A stretch of DNA of 64,000 nt from Lingula anatina (taxonomy: Eukaryota > Animalia > Brachiopoda), in contig CM120646.1 in NCBI GenBank assembly GCA_051362555.1, positions 20,026,001 through 20,090,000 on the forward strand. Direction: 5' to 3'. Shown piece after piece: positions 1-14,790 of the stretch. The notes under the pieces are model-generated. The model searched no databases. It was not told where the DNA came from and worked only from the letters and a program-made list of their open reading frames with translations. Both the position numbers and the translations under genes were made by a program. The stretch's first letter is position 1; the number at the start of each line of letters is the position of its first letter.

Positions 1-3000
1 ACAGCATTGATGACATACGTGAAGGGGTCACAGTAAGCAGTATACATCCAGACATTAACTGTGTGTATATTGTGTTATAGCAGTAGGAAAAGTACATCCA
101 GGGCTTAACAGAATGGGGGGGGGGGGGGGGGGGAGGAGGAGGTTATTGACTCCAAATTTTCCACTAATAGAACCTGTAGCAGATATATATAACGTAACAC
201 ATAAAATGCAACATTTCATCTCAGCTATGCAATGTTACATGAGATACTGCATGTGAAACTCATGCACTAATGAGGCTGAAAAGTACCAGCCCACTGATGA
301 TATATGGCTGCAACAAGTTTCTAAAATTCTCTCAGGTGTTCACATGCCTAATAATCGTCATGTTATCAGATATCACTCGAAAAAGACATTTTTTTCACAA
401 ATTGTATCGGACACACACCATCTACTTTCATGTTGCGGTGTAAATAATAATTGAAATTTATAGACTGGTTCCCCTTCACAGCAAGAAAGTTTCTGATATT
501 TGTCCACATGTTTATACCTTCAAGATTGTATGTTATCTTTACCAACAGCGAAATTTACATTACTAAACAAGAGAAAACGTGAGAAGTAGTGGGAACAAAT
601 TTTAGGACACAGGACATGCAGTCCCAGGTTTGTCGTCTCAGATGGATTTAATCCCCCTGGTGGCGCAGAAACTGAGTCTTATTCTTTATGTAATTTTGTT
701 AAAAGTCTTCATGTTATCTTAAGTTTCATATTATCATACATTGTATACATATCTGGGAGTTTTTTTTACTATTCACAAGAAATGCATCAATACGATAAAA
801 GAGTCATCAATATCTATATCTTTTTTATCATCAATGATGAACAGAGAAAGCCTGAGTTAGTCTGTATTGCATAGAGGCAATTAAGGTGAAAACATAAATA
901 TCATTTTAACGTCAGGTGATGAATGGTCACGCTAGGTGTTGAGTATTTCTGAACAATGTGTTCGTGAAGATATGGAACAATCACGTACTCTGAGAGTGGT
1001 AATTACCAATCACGGCTCCCAGGCCAGATAAAGGCTTGAGACCTGGGAAACAGGAATTGGGTACTTCACCTATATCTCACTTTGTGTTGGAGGAACTAAA
1101 TGTATCTCTCTATCTATATAATATCTTATTGATATATTATAAGATTTTGGAGAACAATCTTCTGTACTACCTTTCACTGTCAGTGTGAGAAACTCTCACA
1201 ATTACAAACTGCAATTCATTCAGTACACAACCCAACACAGGGTCAGTCACTCAGCTGTTCAAAAGTCTTCTTCATTGAATTTCATTATCCTGAGGATATT
1301 GGCTGATGTATTTTCCCCAGGTTAATTTGAGAATTCAGGATAGGTTAGGAATATATATGTGTGCGTGTATGCGTGCGTGTGTGTGTGTGTTAGGGTGAGG
1401 AGAATGTACCCACACACAAACACACACACTACATCTTGTTAAAATGTAACAATTTCCTTTGGATGGCATCTCTGCTACTAATAAATGATTAAGTTTCATT
1501 TGTTGTAAGTAGATTACTTTTCCTAGCTTTATCTGAAAAACTCTTGGGAACATGTTTAGGGTGACAATATACAGAATTTTAAATTCCTTCTTGAAAACCA
1601 GAAAAAAAAAGGAATTTTGTGTTTTTGTTAAATCACGAGATAGTTTCACTTCCAAAGACTCATAAAACTTCTAGGAAAGTCAGAAATGCCAACTTACCTT
1701 CTAATTTCTTTTTTACATAAATAACACTTATTTGCCTTAAAGTAAGCTAAGTCTCGTTTAATTTCGAAGTGTACCTAAGAACTGAAGGCAAAGTTTACTT
1801 TGAGACTTACAGTATTTTGCTACAGGTAAATATATTACTCAACATTTTCTTTCACTTGGTCCTGATACATAAGTATCTTATAAGGCCCAATATGAAAATG
1901 CACTGTTCTATCAACTTCCCAATTTAGATAATTGCATTTTAGCTATACACCAAATGTTGCAATCTTACATTAATTGGAATAATTTTGAAATAGTTGGATT
2001 TATTTGTATGATATTGTTACTTAATATTTTCCATCTTTAATATTCGAAAAAAAAATATCAAAGATAATTTCTAATATTTTTAATAAGTTCCTACCCCTCC
2101 CAGTGTATTGTTACCTGTAGCTAAAACAGTATAACCCACAGGCTCACCTGTATTTCCACCAATGAGATGTCACTAATATATTGGACTTTCTTTCACTCTC
2201 CTTCTTTCTCTTCCTTTAGTACTTGCACAGCTGACCAGTGTAGTGGATCATCCCAGCCGAAAGATTCTCTTTTCCTTTCAGCCTTCCTAAACTTGATCGC
2301 CTTGTTTGTGTTTACAAACACCTGCCACTGTTGTTTATAGAATGCAACAGTTGCTGTGTTACGTAACACTAATCACTGCGGGAGACCAATTAAGGACCAA
2401 TTGGATAAAACCAGCAAATGATGTCAGCACTATTACAGGAAACAATATGGACATCCAAGGTTCAGAATAAAAGATCACAACTACTTTTTCTCTCCAAGAC
2501 ATCCTTCTTAATATGACGAAGTCAGCAGGAGGGGAAAAGAATTGATTTAATGGGTATATTATGCAAATGATGGCTATTTCTCACTCTTTGTTGGTGTAAT
2601 GCAATGAATTTCATTATGAATTTAGTGGAATTCCTTTAGAAATGTTGCCAGTAACCAAAACAATCAAAAGTTATCTCCACCCCTCATTCTCAACTGATTT
2701 TTTTTTTCTCGGTATGTCTGCAATGATTTTGTGCATATTAATCTTATGGAAAAAAAAAAATGGAGAAAGAACCATCGACATAGATAGATGGACAAGAAAA
2801 CCATGCACACTTTTCATTTTCGCTCATTTTATTTTACATAAGAAAAAGAAAACTCTGAGAAAGAGAAAAGGAATACTCATAAGATCTATATTCTGTCAAA
2901 AAATTAAAAAGTAAAATAGAAATACTACCTGCCAGAATACATTTTTATTTATCTTCTATCTAAAAGAAAAAAACACAATTTTACCAACCACTGATACAGA

Positions 3001-4285
3001 GGAAAAAATGTTAACAGGACTTATTTTGTCTAAAAAATTATCTTGTCTACACTTTATAAGCTACTGTCTACAGAACAGCCATATTGGCTGTGATTTCATG
3101 TTGCACTTACTGTCTGATTTATTGGGCAGTTTATGTAGAATTAATGCAAATAAAGCAGCCTCTCATTAATCAAAGGCATTAAGCCTTCTTGTTATGGAAA
3201 ACATTTCGAGCACCGTTTTAAAGGAACTTGATTTACATATTTGATGTCATATTTCTTACAAAACTCAGAGACGCCTATCGAGAGCACTCACTCCTACCAC
3301 ACTCAATTCAAAGATCACGACCATTTTTGATAAATTCATTAAGTTGACTGACAGCTTCTGGTTGTCTGTGTCTTAAGCTGTCTTCATTATCAGATTTTTT
3401 ACATCATTTCAACAATTTCACCACAGTGAAACATTCTGAATCAATGAAATTTTCTCGTCATCAAAAATCAAATTAGTTTAATAGCATAGCCCTTCTATCT
3501 ATAGTTACAACTATTAACTAATAAATAATAGGCAAGAAGTTGGGCATTGATTAAAGACAAATTATTAACAGCATTACCACAATTTTAATAATACACAACA
3601 AAATACATATCCTAAAGTGATCAGTGCCATATATGTTAAGAGTGTACATGTAGGTTCCAGTTTAACAGTAGAATAAGAAACCAAATCCACAATCACTGCT
3701 AATAACTTCAAGATAAAAATCACCACTGGAACATGCAAATGCTTTGCCAACCCCATCTGTTGTCGTGTCTTTGTTTGACCCATTTCAAGTAATGACAATA
3801 TCTTTTTCATACTGATATATCATATCATACTGCTTATTTATTGCTGACACTTCCCCAATACAAGAAAGACGTCACAAAAGGTATGCAATTTGTACTCATA
3901 AAAATCACATTCAGTTGCGCTCATTTGCATGGAAACAATACCAGGCAAACCACAGGACAAGCCATCAAATACTAGTAGCATAATTTGTAACATAAAAAGG
4001 AAAAAAATGCCATTCACAATAATTGTATTACATGTATATATGACATAAATAATGTTTAACAAAGGCTTTTCTTCTGTCAATAAGTTACCAAGTAACCATA
4101 TTTGTATTACATGTAGAAATGACCTAATGATCGTCAAGTGATTCCGTGCACTTACAGCACTTATCTATATACGTTAACTGTAACAGATTTGCATTTTACA
4201 GCACAGTGAGGGGGAAAAAGGAGGAAAGCAGACTAAAAGCACTGCGACACCACTCATGTTTGAATATAAACAGTGTGTGCATGCA

Positions 4286-4288
<3 letters not shown>

Positions 4289-4351
<63 letters not shown>
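4289..4351. repeat. Compound (GT)n(GA)n microsatellite
   Basis: Read directly from the sequence. Confidence 0.95.
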
Positions 4352-4443
4352 GTGGAAGGGAAGGAAGATATAAATTGTATGTGTATGTGTGTGAGAGAGA
4401 GAACAAGCTTCTGCACACGTTTGTGTCTATTTTGGTTTCTTAC

Positions 4444-4497
4444 CTGAACTTCCCACTTGTTGCTCCAGTCAATCTCTCAGCAGCAGCAATGTACTTG
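4444..4497 (-). other. Candidate 54-nt exon of the minus-strand gene
   Basis: On the minus strand, cattattgtttag precedes 54 nt and a CAG|GTAAGA donor. It is open only in phase 2 (KYIAAAERLTGATSGKF). Confidence 0.35.
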
Positions 4498-7400
4498 CTA
4501 AACAATAATGACAGCCAATGCAAAATTCATAATCTGATGAATCAAAACTCCACCAAACGCCAAAAATCCATGTAATATTCTCAACTGTCAAAAATAGATA
4601 TTTTCCTAACACTCATGTATAATGTGACACTAAGTTCAGATAATCAACCATTTATATTGTTTGCCAAATTTCAATCTTTTTCTGTCAAGTACAAATGAAT
4701 GCAGATCTTTCAACTGGCAGAGCTGCTGTTCTCATCTCCCAAAGCAAAATTCATGGAAATCTTCCAATTTAAAGGAAGAAATATCATCATCTGTCAGAGC
4801 AACATTCATGGAAATCTTTCCAACCTGCCGAGAGGCTTATGTGTGCACATCTTTCAAAGCAAAATTTTGATGTTGATTATTTCCAACATGCAGTGATGCT
4901 TTTGAATAATGTCTCCTCCCAACTATAACTCCTTCATGTCACCGTTTCTCTAAATCTCCCACAGAAAGCAATGGCATATAATGATGTGTATAAAAAACAG
5001 CAGGTCGTACAGCAAACAGAGAGACATAATTACAGTGAAATATGGCCTCAGAGCTCAGCCTAAGAAACCAGAAGGTGAAAAAGGTGATCACATCCTGCTG
5101 TTCGAAGACAGAGACAGATTTGCTCTGAGCAAAAAAAATAAATCGCTCCAATTTCATCATAAATAGGCCTATTGCGCCTGACTGAAGGCTTCCAATGTCT
5201 CTGGCTGTGTACAACATCATCTGAGTTAAAACCCTGTTGAGACTATAAGTGCAAGTGGGTGAGTTGTGATTGGAGCCCTCTGCAAATGATGGAAGTTTGC
5301 AATCGCACAGTTTTCAAGTGCAGCCGATGCCATTTCATATTTCAAGAATTTCAAGGCATGTTAAAAAAATTTTTTTTATTAAATAAATAGTTATTACTCA
5401 GAGAAATTTCAGTTCAAGGAAGGTCAAATAACAGGGTTTTAAATAATTATTGAAACCTACGCCGAGTTCAAATTTGCAACTTTTGCTTTAATATTATTGG
5501 CCAGTTTACCAGTTGGTGTGATTTGTGGAGAATTTTATCAAGAATGGGTTAATTTTCCATGTAAATTCCATGCAGAACATGGGTCGGTGCACTGAGAATT
5601 TCACTCAAGTGTGGCCATTAAACCAGCCTCAGCAGTACGATATGCAATGCATTGACTTTCACTGTCTTAGTCAAACGGAGCTCAAATCGGGCTTTCCTAT
5701 CCTGTTTTTGGCGGGTTCAAAGTGACATTATCACCTATCATTTTATTATATGATCATTGTACTGACAGCTTAATTCAACGGCTATATAGCAGGCTCTTGA
5801 AGACAAGCACCCCCCCCAAGTTGAAACTAAAATGTTTTCAGTTAAAACTGCTCTGAAAGTGGTCTATTCTATTTCAGATCGGATTCTGGTACGTAAATAC
5901 GTAAATATGATGAGTGTTTTGTCAACAATACAGCTTGGCCTATGAGAACCTATAGATCAATGATCCTGTTGCCAAACAAAATTCTTAAGGTTCTCCTGTT
6001 GCATGTGGTAGTTCTTTCTTTTGGCCAGTAGCCTAACAACATATCTGTGTGACATTCGTGATAAAAATAAAGATGAAAAATCCAGTCAAAAACATATAAG
6101 TAATCACAGGATATGAACCCTAAAACTCTCTCTCAGAAAAATGAAATGAAAAATAATAAAAATAGATTCACTGTCACAACCCGTGTGTGCGTGTGTGTGT
6201 TTTTTATTCTGTTTTACTCATGAAGTTGTTTTTAAAATGACATTTATTCAACATAACGTAACTTGCTGATGCTAACCACACCTGAATGGCAAGCTCCATT
6301 TGTCATGGCTATACTGGTAAATGGTGCACCTGGAGAGGTAGGGAGGAAGGTGACCCGAGGACACAGGGTCATTTGTAATCCACCTTAATATGATGTAGTT
6401 AAGACATCTTCATGAGGGGGTTACGGCCAATTACAATGTGATGCATCTCCTGGCCTACTTTTAAAGAATATGCAGACATGTAACATTTTTTTCCAATTGT
6501 GACTGTTTTAATACTCGTTAGTTAGTTCCTTTTTGTTTTCTTCGAAAATAAAACTATTAGGTTGAAAAGAAGCATCGGGGTTTTACTGAAAAGTCAAGTG
6601 ATACTATGAAGACTTCATTTTGTTTTGTTCCGTTTTTACACAAATTTCATCCACCCACTGCTAATAATTTTTCAAGGTATAACTCCAGTTTTACTTCGTG
6701 GGTATAACATAAGGGATAAGGCCAGACAACGGGTTATGTTAAATCAAACACCAGTCCATGCCTACAAGTACATGTCACATGTGGATCATGTGACTACGTA
6801 TACGAATATGTTGTACATAACGGTGGGCAGCAGCACTCTGATGATATACTTACTGGAGGTCACTTGATATAAAGTGTGAACTTTACCTATCTCTTGTAAA
6901 AATAAACCTTATTGGACTCAACTTAAGTTTATAAAAAGCCTCCCTGGTATGCTGAAGGTGCAACATAGAGAAAAAATATACAATAATTTCTGGGATAAAA
7001 AGTTCTTGAATTGATCCTTTATTTCCAACCTTTTTTGCACTTGTTGACTTTTAAGATTTCTAACACCAATCTGTGGAGTGAAATGACATTTTGGAATTTC
7101 ACAATGTTTCGATTATTCTTAAAAACTTCTAGAAATACAAAACTCAATTGCTAATACTTCACCTTTAGATGCTGAATCTACTTCATGCACCTTTCCCAAT
7201 AGCTGATTTTCCCCATTACCCTTAACATTACATCATTTAAATGAAAGTTTCTAACATGTCTTTATAGCAATGTGCTGTACATTATCAGTGGCATGTACCA
7301 TGACTGCAAACACTACAGAAATAAATTCATCACGATGCAATTTATGAGAAAAAAAGTTTTCTAGCAGCTGACCACAAGGTGAACCTACTGGTGGTTGCTC

Positions 7401-8416
7401 CATGTTAAGGTTATTTTTACAATATGCTACATGTATACATAAACCACGTTAGGGAAATCATGTTCTAGATTGGTTCTGCTTTCACAACAGTTCTTGTAAA
7501 AATAAAATGTGACATTGCAGCATTATCTATTCTAAGAAGCCAGATCCAATGAATCTAGGCATCACCTTGTAGCTTGTTCAGGCCAGATATCTTTTCTTTG
7601 TTTTTCTCACACAGGCACCTGCAATTAAATCCCTAAAGCTTGTCATTAACCTGTGATTGCTGGGTCAGGCTTCTTATGATGCTCTCCCGAAATAAAATAA
7701 AATAATCATTCTGCAATTAGTTGACTGGTATTTTTATTTTTTCCCCCTCTGGCTGGTTCTTCTTCACTGAAAACGTCACTGCACTAAATACAGAGATGAG
7801 TTTACTATTTTGTGAAAAAGCTGAAAATTATGGCGCAGCGTCCAGGAGGCCAATGATATTTTTTGACTTCCAATAAGTTGGTCATCTGCGGAAAGTTGGA
7901 AAAATCTCATCCCTGTAAATAATTATTTAAATGGGCACTAAACAGTAAATATCCAATCATTCAATGTTGCCAATATATTGCCCCTACATCCAAATACTAA
8001 CCAGTCCATTTTAAATATGAAAAATTAAAAATTCGTCTTTAACTCCATAAAATACCTGTACAATTACACTGCAGGTAAAACTAATGTTCAGCATGTAAAC
8101 ACAGTAGATTATGAATTCGAATGTTAGTTCTAATGTTAGTGCCCATCATAAGGAGTAAAATTATTTTCCCACAAATTGTTACAGAAATAGCAGATGTAAC
8201 ATGCAGCACAGCTTTTAATAATGTAAAAATCTTACTGATCAATGGAAATCTATTGTGTAGTACATGTACTATCAAAGGAATATATATTAGCAAAGGGAAG
8301 CAATCTTCTTTCAATAATCCCCACTAAATTTCTCAGAAAGTTGAATATTTTTATAGAAAATAGCACATGAAAAGCAGAAAAAATTCAGTAAGTTTGAAAT
8401 TGTCACTTCTGTAAAT

Positions 8417-8419
<3 letters not shown>

Positions 8420-8448
<29 letters not shown>
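8420..8448. repeat. (CA)n microsatellite
   Basis: Read directly from the sequence. Confidence 0.95.
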
Positions 8449-8452
<4 letters not shown>

Positions 8453-9202
8453 TGTAAAACATGATACAACTGCTATATCACTAATGAAATTCTTCAACCT
8501 GACCCCACAGGTCGGATAACCTTTTCTAACCACTAAATCCTATCCTGAAGGGGAAACTTAATAGATAGTCTTTCACTTAACACAATTTACACCCCAAAGT
8601 GAAAGCTGACACCCGTGTCCTCATGCAGAGTGCAAGCTACTGATATACTACACTTGCTTTTATTCCATTTACGCTACCAAAAACACCTCTCTTATGATAT
8701 ACAAGCACTGTTTTCTGTAAGTTTTCTACTTGTTCATCACATAATCTCCTCACTTAATCAAGACCCATGCAGCCTTGCCCCTACACTGGTGAGGAAAAAC
8801 TATAAATAGAGCTTTCCTACACTTTTCTTTTTCTTTGTTTTCTTTATCTTTAGGAAGTTTTTTTTCCACATGCTCATTCATCTGCACACATCTCCTGATA
8901 TATCAACTTAGCAATTGCTGAGAAGTTTTTTTCATAATTTATTCATCTTTACAAGTTTAGATGTTTAATTTCCTACACTTTTAATACATAATTTGTCTAT
9001 AATGGTGTCTTTGCTTTTTGCCGTTCAGTATGTTAGAATCAGAAAATACAAATCTGAAAGCAAACATACTGTTTGATATTAATTTTTTTTTTTTGACAAT
9101 TCAGATATCAAAGAAACAAAATCATACCTGCAAAATAGAACACTTTATTATTAAATTTTATAACTTTCATTAGTTTTGATTTCTATAATAGCTCTGGAAA
9201 AG

Positions 9203-9243
<41 letters not shown>

Positions 9244-9611
9244 AGAAAATAAAGGAAACAATCCAAGCAACTCAAATTTATAAATTAAACAAAAGTTATC
9301 ATTTCAAGATTTCTAATAACTGTGGGCAGGAAAACTTTAAAACTTGAACCCAAGTAGCATTTTACAGTTTTTTTCATCACAGTCATAAAATATTAAATAC
9401 TGACATAAAATGGTTTTTGAAAATAAAAGCAATGGATTTTGTGAGGACACTGCAATCATATGATACTTACCAGACTTTTTCTCGTGCTCACGTCTTTGTT
9501 ATCTGCTTCAGGAGATATTTGGCCACAGCATTAGGAAATCCTACCAATCATAATGTAGAAATCAGGTTTAGTTTGTTAACATGGAGATCAGGATATTACA
9601 CTCCAAAAACT

Positions 9612-9612
<1 letters not shown>

Positions 9613-9697
<85 letters not shown>
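9613..9697. repeat. Compound (GT)n(GA)n microsatellite
   Basis: Read directly from the sequence. Confidence 0.95.
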
Positions 9698-9698
<1 letters not shown>

Positions 9699-12650
9699 AT
9701 GCCCATGTTTGAATACTTAGCAAGGCCCAAATGTAAACTATACAATTTGCGCATGTTCTTTTACTACAAAAATCAATTGCAGTATCAAACGTCTTTATTT
9801 ACTCACATAAACCATTTGGGTCTAGGTCTTTATGTCACTGGGGAGGCTAAATATAATAACCTGCTGCTCCCCAAAAATAATACATCTTAAAATATCAAAT
9901 ATATGTCCATGATAAGACACCCTTTGTTGACACCTTCCTTTTTGTGCAGAATGTCCCATGAAAAAAGATCAATTAAATACTCAAGTTCAATTAAAAACTA
10001 ACAATTGATTGATGTTCAGGTTTTATTTGGCATAAGCTACCAGTAGCTGATATTTTATTGGTGGAAAAATGATATCACACTTGGGGAAACAGTACTATAT
10101 CTAAATACCAGTCATATCAAGATTCTACTGGCCAGCTAAAGACTCACATGCCAATGGTGGTTTTTAACACTGCACCAAATGAGTTGCTTAAAAATATAAT
10201 GCCCTGCTACTGCATAGTTAATAGAGTTGTAGAATGCATTCAGACATCTCATCTAGTGCAATCTTTAAAATTGGTCCACTTTAAAGTTAGGTAGGTCAAT
10301 AAATTGTGGTTGTTAAAATTAGAAAAAAAGATTTTTTTGAAATTGTTATACCTAGCATTACAGGACTTTAAAATTTTCTGTCGTGTAGTGAGCTTGATGA
10401 AAATAAAGAACAGGATGGAGGAACTGTCTCTGCATAGAAATAACAGGTTTATTGTCAGTCTTTTATCAAAATCATATTTTGGTGTCGATGAAAAAAAAGT
10501 TTCATTGGCAGCAATAACCTAGCATTAAATTTTAAATATACAAACAATTTATTAGATAATGTCCATGGGTCTGTAAAGAAAAGAGAAGAAACAAATCAGC
10601 TGAAGCTCCCCCTCTTTCTCTCCCTCTCTTTCTCTTGGTAGACTTTAGTCTGATCTATTCTGAAAAATCACATGTAGTTTCTGATTTGCCTCACTTGGCT
10701 AACAGGTGATAATGGTTGGTGAATGATATTATAACACATGTATCTCAGTAACCTGGCACATGCCTGCCTATTATTACGTAATGTATGCATGGTGCTAATG
10801 ATAGATACTTTGTTCGTCAGTAAATCATGTTTTTCTACTTCATCCAGGGTATGATATAATGTAACGTATAAATATAGAATAAACCACATATCTCTGTGAG
10901 CTAAAAAAAAATTGGCGTCTGAAAAACTTAGCGAGATTCTCAATCCCGAATAAATATCCAAGATGCCCCAAGTACCAAGCATGGTTATGAGCATTAATAC
11001 GTTTTCTAAATATTTTACAGATTTACTGTGCCTCCTTTCCCATCTTTAATATTCTGCACAACCAAGCAACATATCCCACAATACTACTACTGATACGTGT
11101 CGAGTTTGCGACCGCATCCCTTCACGTCCCTCACCTGTGTTAACGCCTATGCTGTTGTGTGTGGTAGTAAGGCGAGTACGTAACATCGAGATCATTTTTT
11201 TCAACTGATAAAAGAAAAATTTTATTCAAAACTAGCAGAACAGAGTGTGCTATCCACCTTGTTCATATGATAGGCAACACACATGCACAAACAGGAGATT
11301 TTGGGGACCCACACACCACCCCCTGGGGTGAGAGCTCACTAGTTTCGGAAATCCTAATCATCATCAAGCAGGTGAGCAAACATCACCCTCTTGTAATCCT
11401 GGGGCCCTCATCTACTAATACATGCTTTTCAACAGGGGTGGCAGCCAAAATTAACCATATATACATAATTCTGGGGCAAGGATCTGGCCAGGGAGTCCAG
11501 ACAGATTGGGAACAAAAGAGAGGTCAACTAAATGCACGCGCTATATTTATATCCATAACTGCATAACAGCATCTGTACCTGGAGACGCACAATAACTATT
11601 TAGATGGTTTTTATTTTGGGCTTAAGGATGTGAAAAGAAATCAATTTGTGTACGGAACTTTGGATTTTTCCTTTAAATCTAAATGTTTTAAGGTGAAAAG
11701 ATACAGCTTAGTCAAAAAATCAAATTTTATTTAATCCTAAGAGAGTAAATGATATTTTTTGGTGTTGGAAAACTGATACTTACTGTGGATATGGACGTCA
11801 CTCTTGGCTATCTACACATGGCTAAACAGTCATGAAGCACCTGGCTACCCCCTGAACCAAAGGTATCACTTTCTCTCCACCTCTCACAGGGCACTGACCC
11901 TACGTCGCGGCTTTCCAGAATACTGCAAGGATTTTCTTCCTTTCTTGTTTTTTTTTCTTCACCTGGTTCTTTTTCTAAATGTGGATCTCTTTCCTATGAT
12001 TATGTGCCTTCTCAATTTCCTCTGTCCCCTATATGAAAAAAATATTTGAACTGTTAATTCAAATGTGTTATAAAACTAACGGTGAAGAGTGATAATCTAT
12101 TTTTAGGATGTACAGCAAATAGAAAAAACATTGACATTTTGAATGAAAAACTGCAGAAGTTAGTATTGATAATTTCAAAGTTCTCGGAATTTAAAAGCAT
12201 ATTGTTTGCATCCTAGAGACCCTAGAGACAGGTCGTTTGTCTCAAAAAGTTCATTGTAGGTTTATCAAAAACACAAGTAGGGAGGATTAGAGCTCCATCA
12301 GTTTATAAGTTTCTCTAAATTTTAACAAAGAAACTGTTTGAGCACTGTGGACAAAGGGAACATCATTGAAGTCCATTTAGATGTGGATCTCTGGCCTGTT
12401 TCACAAATAAGTCAAAGGTGGCTCATGTTGTAGGCAGATATTATTCTATTTCAGTGTCAGAGGACTACTACATATTGGATCTGGATTCAAAAGGGCACAA
12501 GCAATGTACTGGAAATGGTCTAAAAGTTCAAACTTTTAACTCATTTTTTATGTGGAATTAAAAAATATTGGAATTAAAAACACTTTCTTTAGGCTTAAAC
12601 AAAACACCAAATGTAATCTCTTCCCCTTCATTGCTAAAAAACCTGACTTG

Positions 12651-12722
12651 CTAACACGAGCCCAGATATGGATTCCCCATGGGACATACTAACACGAGCC
12701 CAGATACAGATTCCCCATGAGA
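12651..12722. repeat. 38-bp direct tandem duplication
   Basis: CTAACACGAGCCCAGATA..GATTCCCCATG.GA occurs at 12651 and again at 12689. Confidence 0.85.
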
Positions 12723-14790
12723 TCACCCCTTTCCTTTCCTGCTGAAGTTTCATTTACTTTGATTCTTGTCTTCACACAAAGGTTTGTTTTTTTAAGGCTG
12801 CTCAGTTAACCAATTCTTCTCCTCTATTGGCCTCAGACGTGAATCTGTGCAACTCACAGCTGATGCTAAACTGTGGAGCAACTTCATCTTGTCAGGAGCA
12901 GAACTTAACTGGTAAACCGACATAATTTTTTTTCTAAAGGGGAATCATACTTGGGGAGTATAATCTTATCAAAGTGAAAGTTTTGCTTCATCCAGTGTGT
13001 GTTTCTGAGAATTCATGCATACCAAAACAAATCTAGTCTGGGGAATTTGAATTGGTGAAATCACTGAGAAATTTGATTTGATTTTGATTTGAATTTGATT
13101 TTTTTGCTCTTTTTTTAGACTTTAAATAATACTATCTTAAACAGAATAGTTTTCACCTAAAAAATACACCAAGCTCTTGAATCATAAATCACAACTAAAC
13201 TTCGTTAATAGAAGGCAAATGCCCAAAATATGGGGATAATTAAAAAATGCCGCCTATGATTAAGGAATACTCCAAACCAGTTGAACAGGCTTGTTTATAA
13301 TTTCAGACTCATTTCAAAATCGGGCACAATTTATCCATAGAAGGCAAAAGTCTCTGCCCTAGAATCTGATACCAAACCAATGAGAGACAGCTGTGCAGCT
13401 GACTGAACAATGCACTGTACAGCCCCAGAGTCACTTAGTGCAACATGGCACAATCACTGCCATCTCACCCACAACACAATCATCATGGTCACACCTAACA
13501 CATTCATCAGCACAGACACCATGCATGCATTCCCTTACTGAAGACTGTATCCAGGTCAAGAGGAAGAGGTTGACAGAGTCAGTAACTTGATAACTTGTGC
13601 TGGGAAGGTTGAGTAATGGATTTAAAAGGCCACTCCCTAGAGCCACCCTAATCAATGAAACAGATTTCAGAAAATCTGACATGTATCTCCCTTTATCTGA
13701 AACGGCCATGATACAGCTAGTTGTCATCCCTTCCTGCAACAACAAATTTTCATACTTGAAAAAATCTGTGCCTCAATACCATACACCAGTAACCCTGGAC
13801 ATGATCTTGAAACAGGTACCTTTCCTATCACTTCACTGTGCACTGGGGTGGTCATATAATAGCAGGCATCATTTTATTGCATTAGGTGTGACAACCTGAT
13901 TGTGTTTGACACAATCCAACTAAGTCTCTGGAGGCCGTTTAGCAGCATAATTGATGAGAAATCACATATTCCCTGGAGCACAATTAAAAGATCTGCTAAT
14001 CTCTAACTGCACACTTTCATATGAATGTGTTCCTTCAAAGTACAGGCAGATCTAAATCCTGAGTAAAAAAATCAATAAATTGCATGTAATTCACCCAATG
14101 GGGCCCTAAGGAGCAGATTTTTTCTTGACATTTGGCATTATCTCTTATATGTATGTGTCTAGCTCTACGCCAAGGCTTTAGATTAGAGACACTTAATAGG
14201 TTCTTTTATTGCATCCATTTTCTTGTCTGTATTTCTACTGTACTGAGAGATAAAAATTGGATTTTTTTTTTTTTTTTTTTTTTGGGGGGGGGGGGGGCAA
14301 TTTCTATTCAGTCTATTGGGAGTTATGTTTTGCCTGTCACAATCATTTCAATAGCCATTCAATTTCACAGCAAGTGGTAAAGGAGAATGAGAACAATTTG
14401 AAATTATTAACTAAGTTTACACACACATACGCACATTCACATTTTAAAGCCTAGAGCCTTGTGTACTGTGTTACAAATGAGCTTTATTTTACATGATTCT
14501 TTGAAGCCAATATGTTAACATGAGACAATGGGTTTATTTGTTTCTAATAAAGGATGCTGGGCAGTTACTGGTAAATCAATTCCCTCCATCCTTCAACAGA
14601 AAAGGTAATTATCCTCTCCACTGTTTACTACCATCATATCCGTGAGCCATTAAGTGACCGTGTTCAGATTGTAAATCACTACCACGCAACATAATGACCA
14701 TAATAATCAACCTTTCACATCTAACCATTTGTAATCACACATGAGAAGAGTTTTTTTTTTTCTGTATGCCTTTCCTGACCCCACATTTGT

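Noticed and set aside
115-141. G-run plus (GGA)n, and other G4-prone tracts (~18050, ~20340, ~51860)
   Set aside because: These are common low-complexity runs with no evidence of function.
9465-9560. Strong minus-strand donor CTG|GTAAGT near 9470
   Set aside because: There is no convincing acceptor or in-frame ATG upstream, so an exon cannot be defined.
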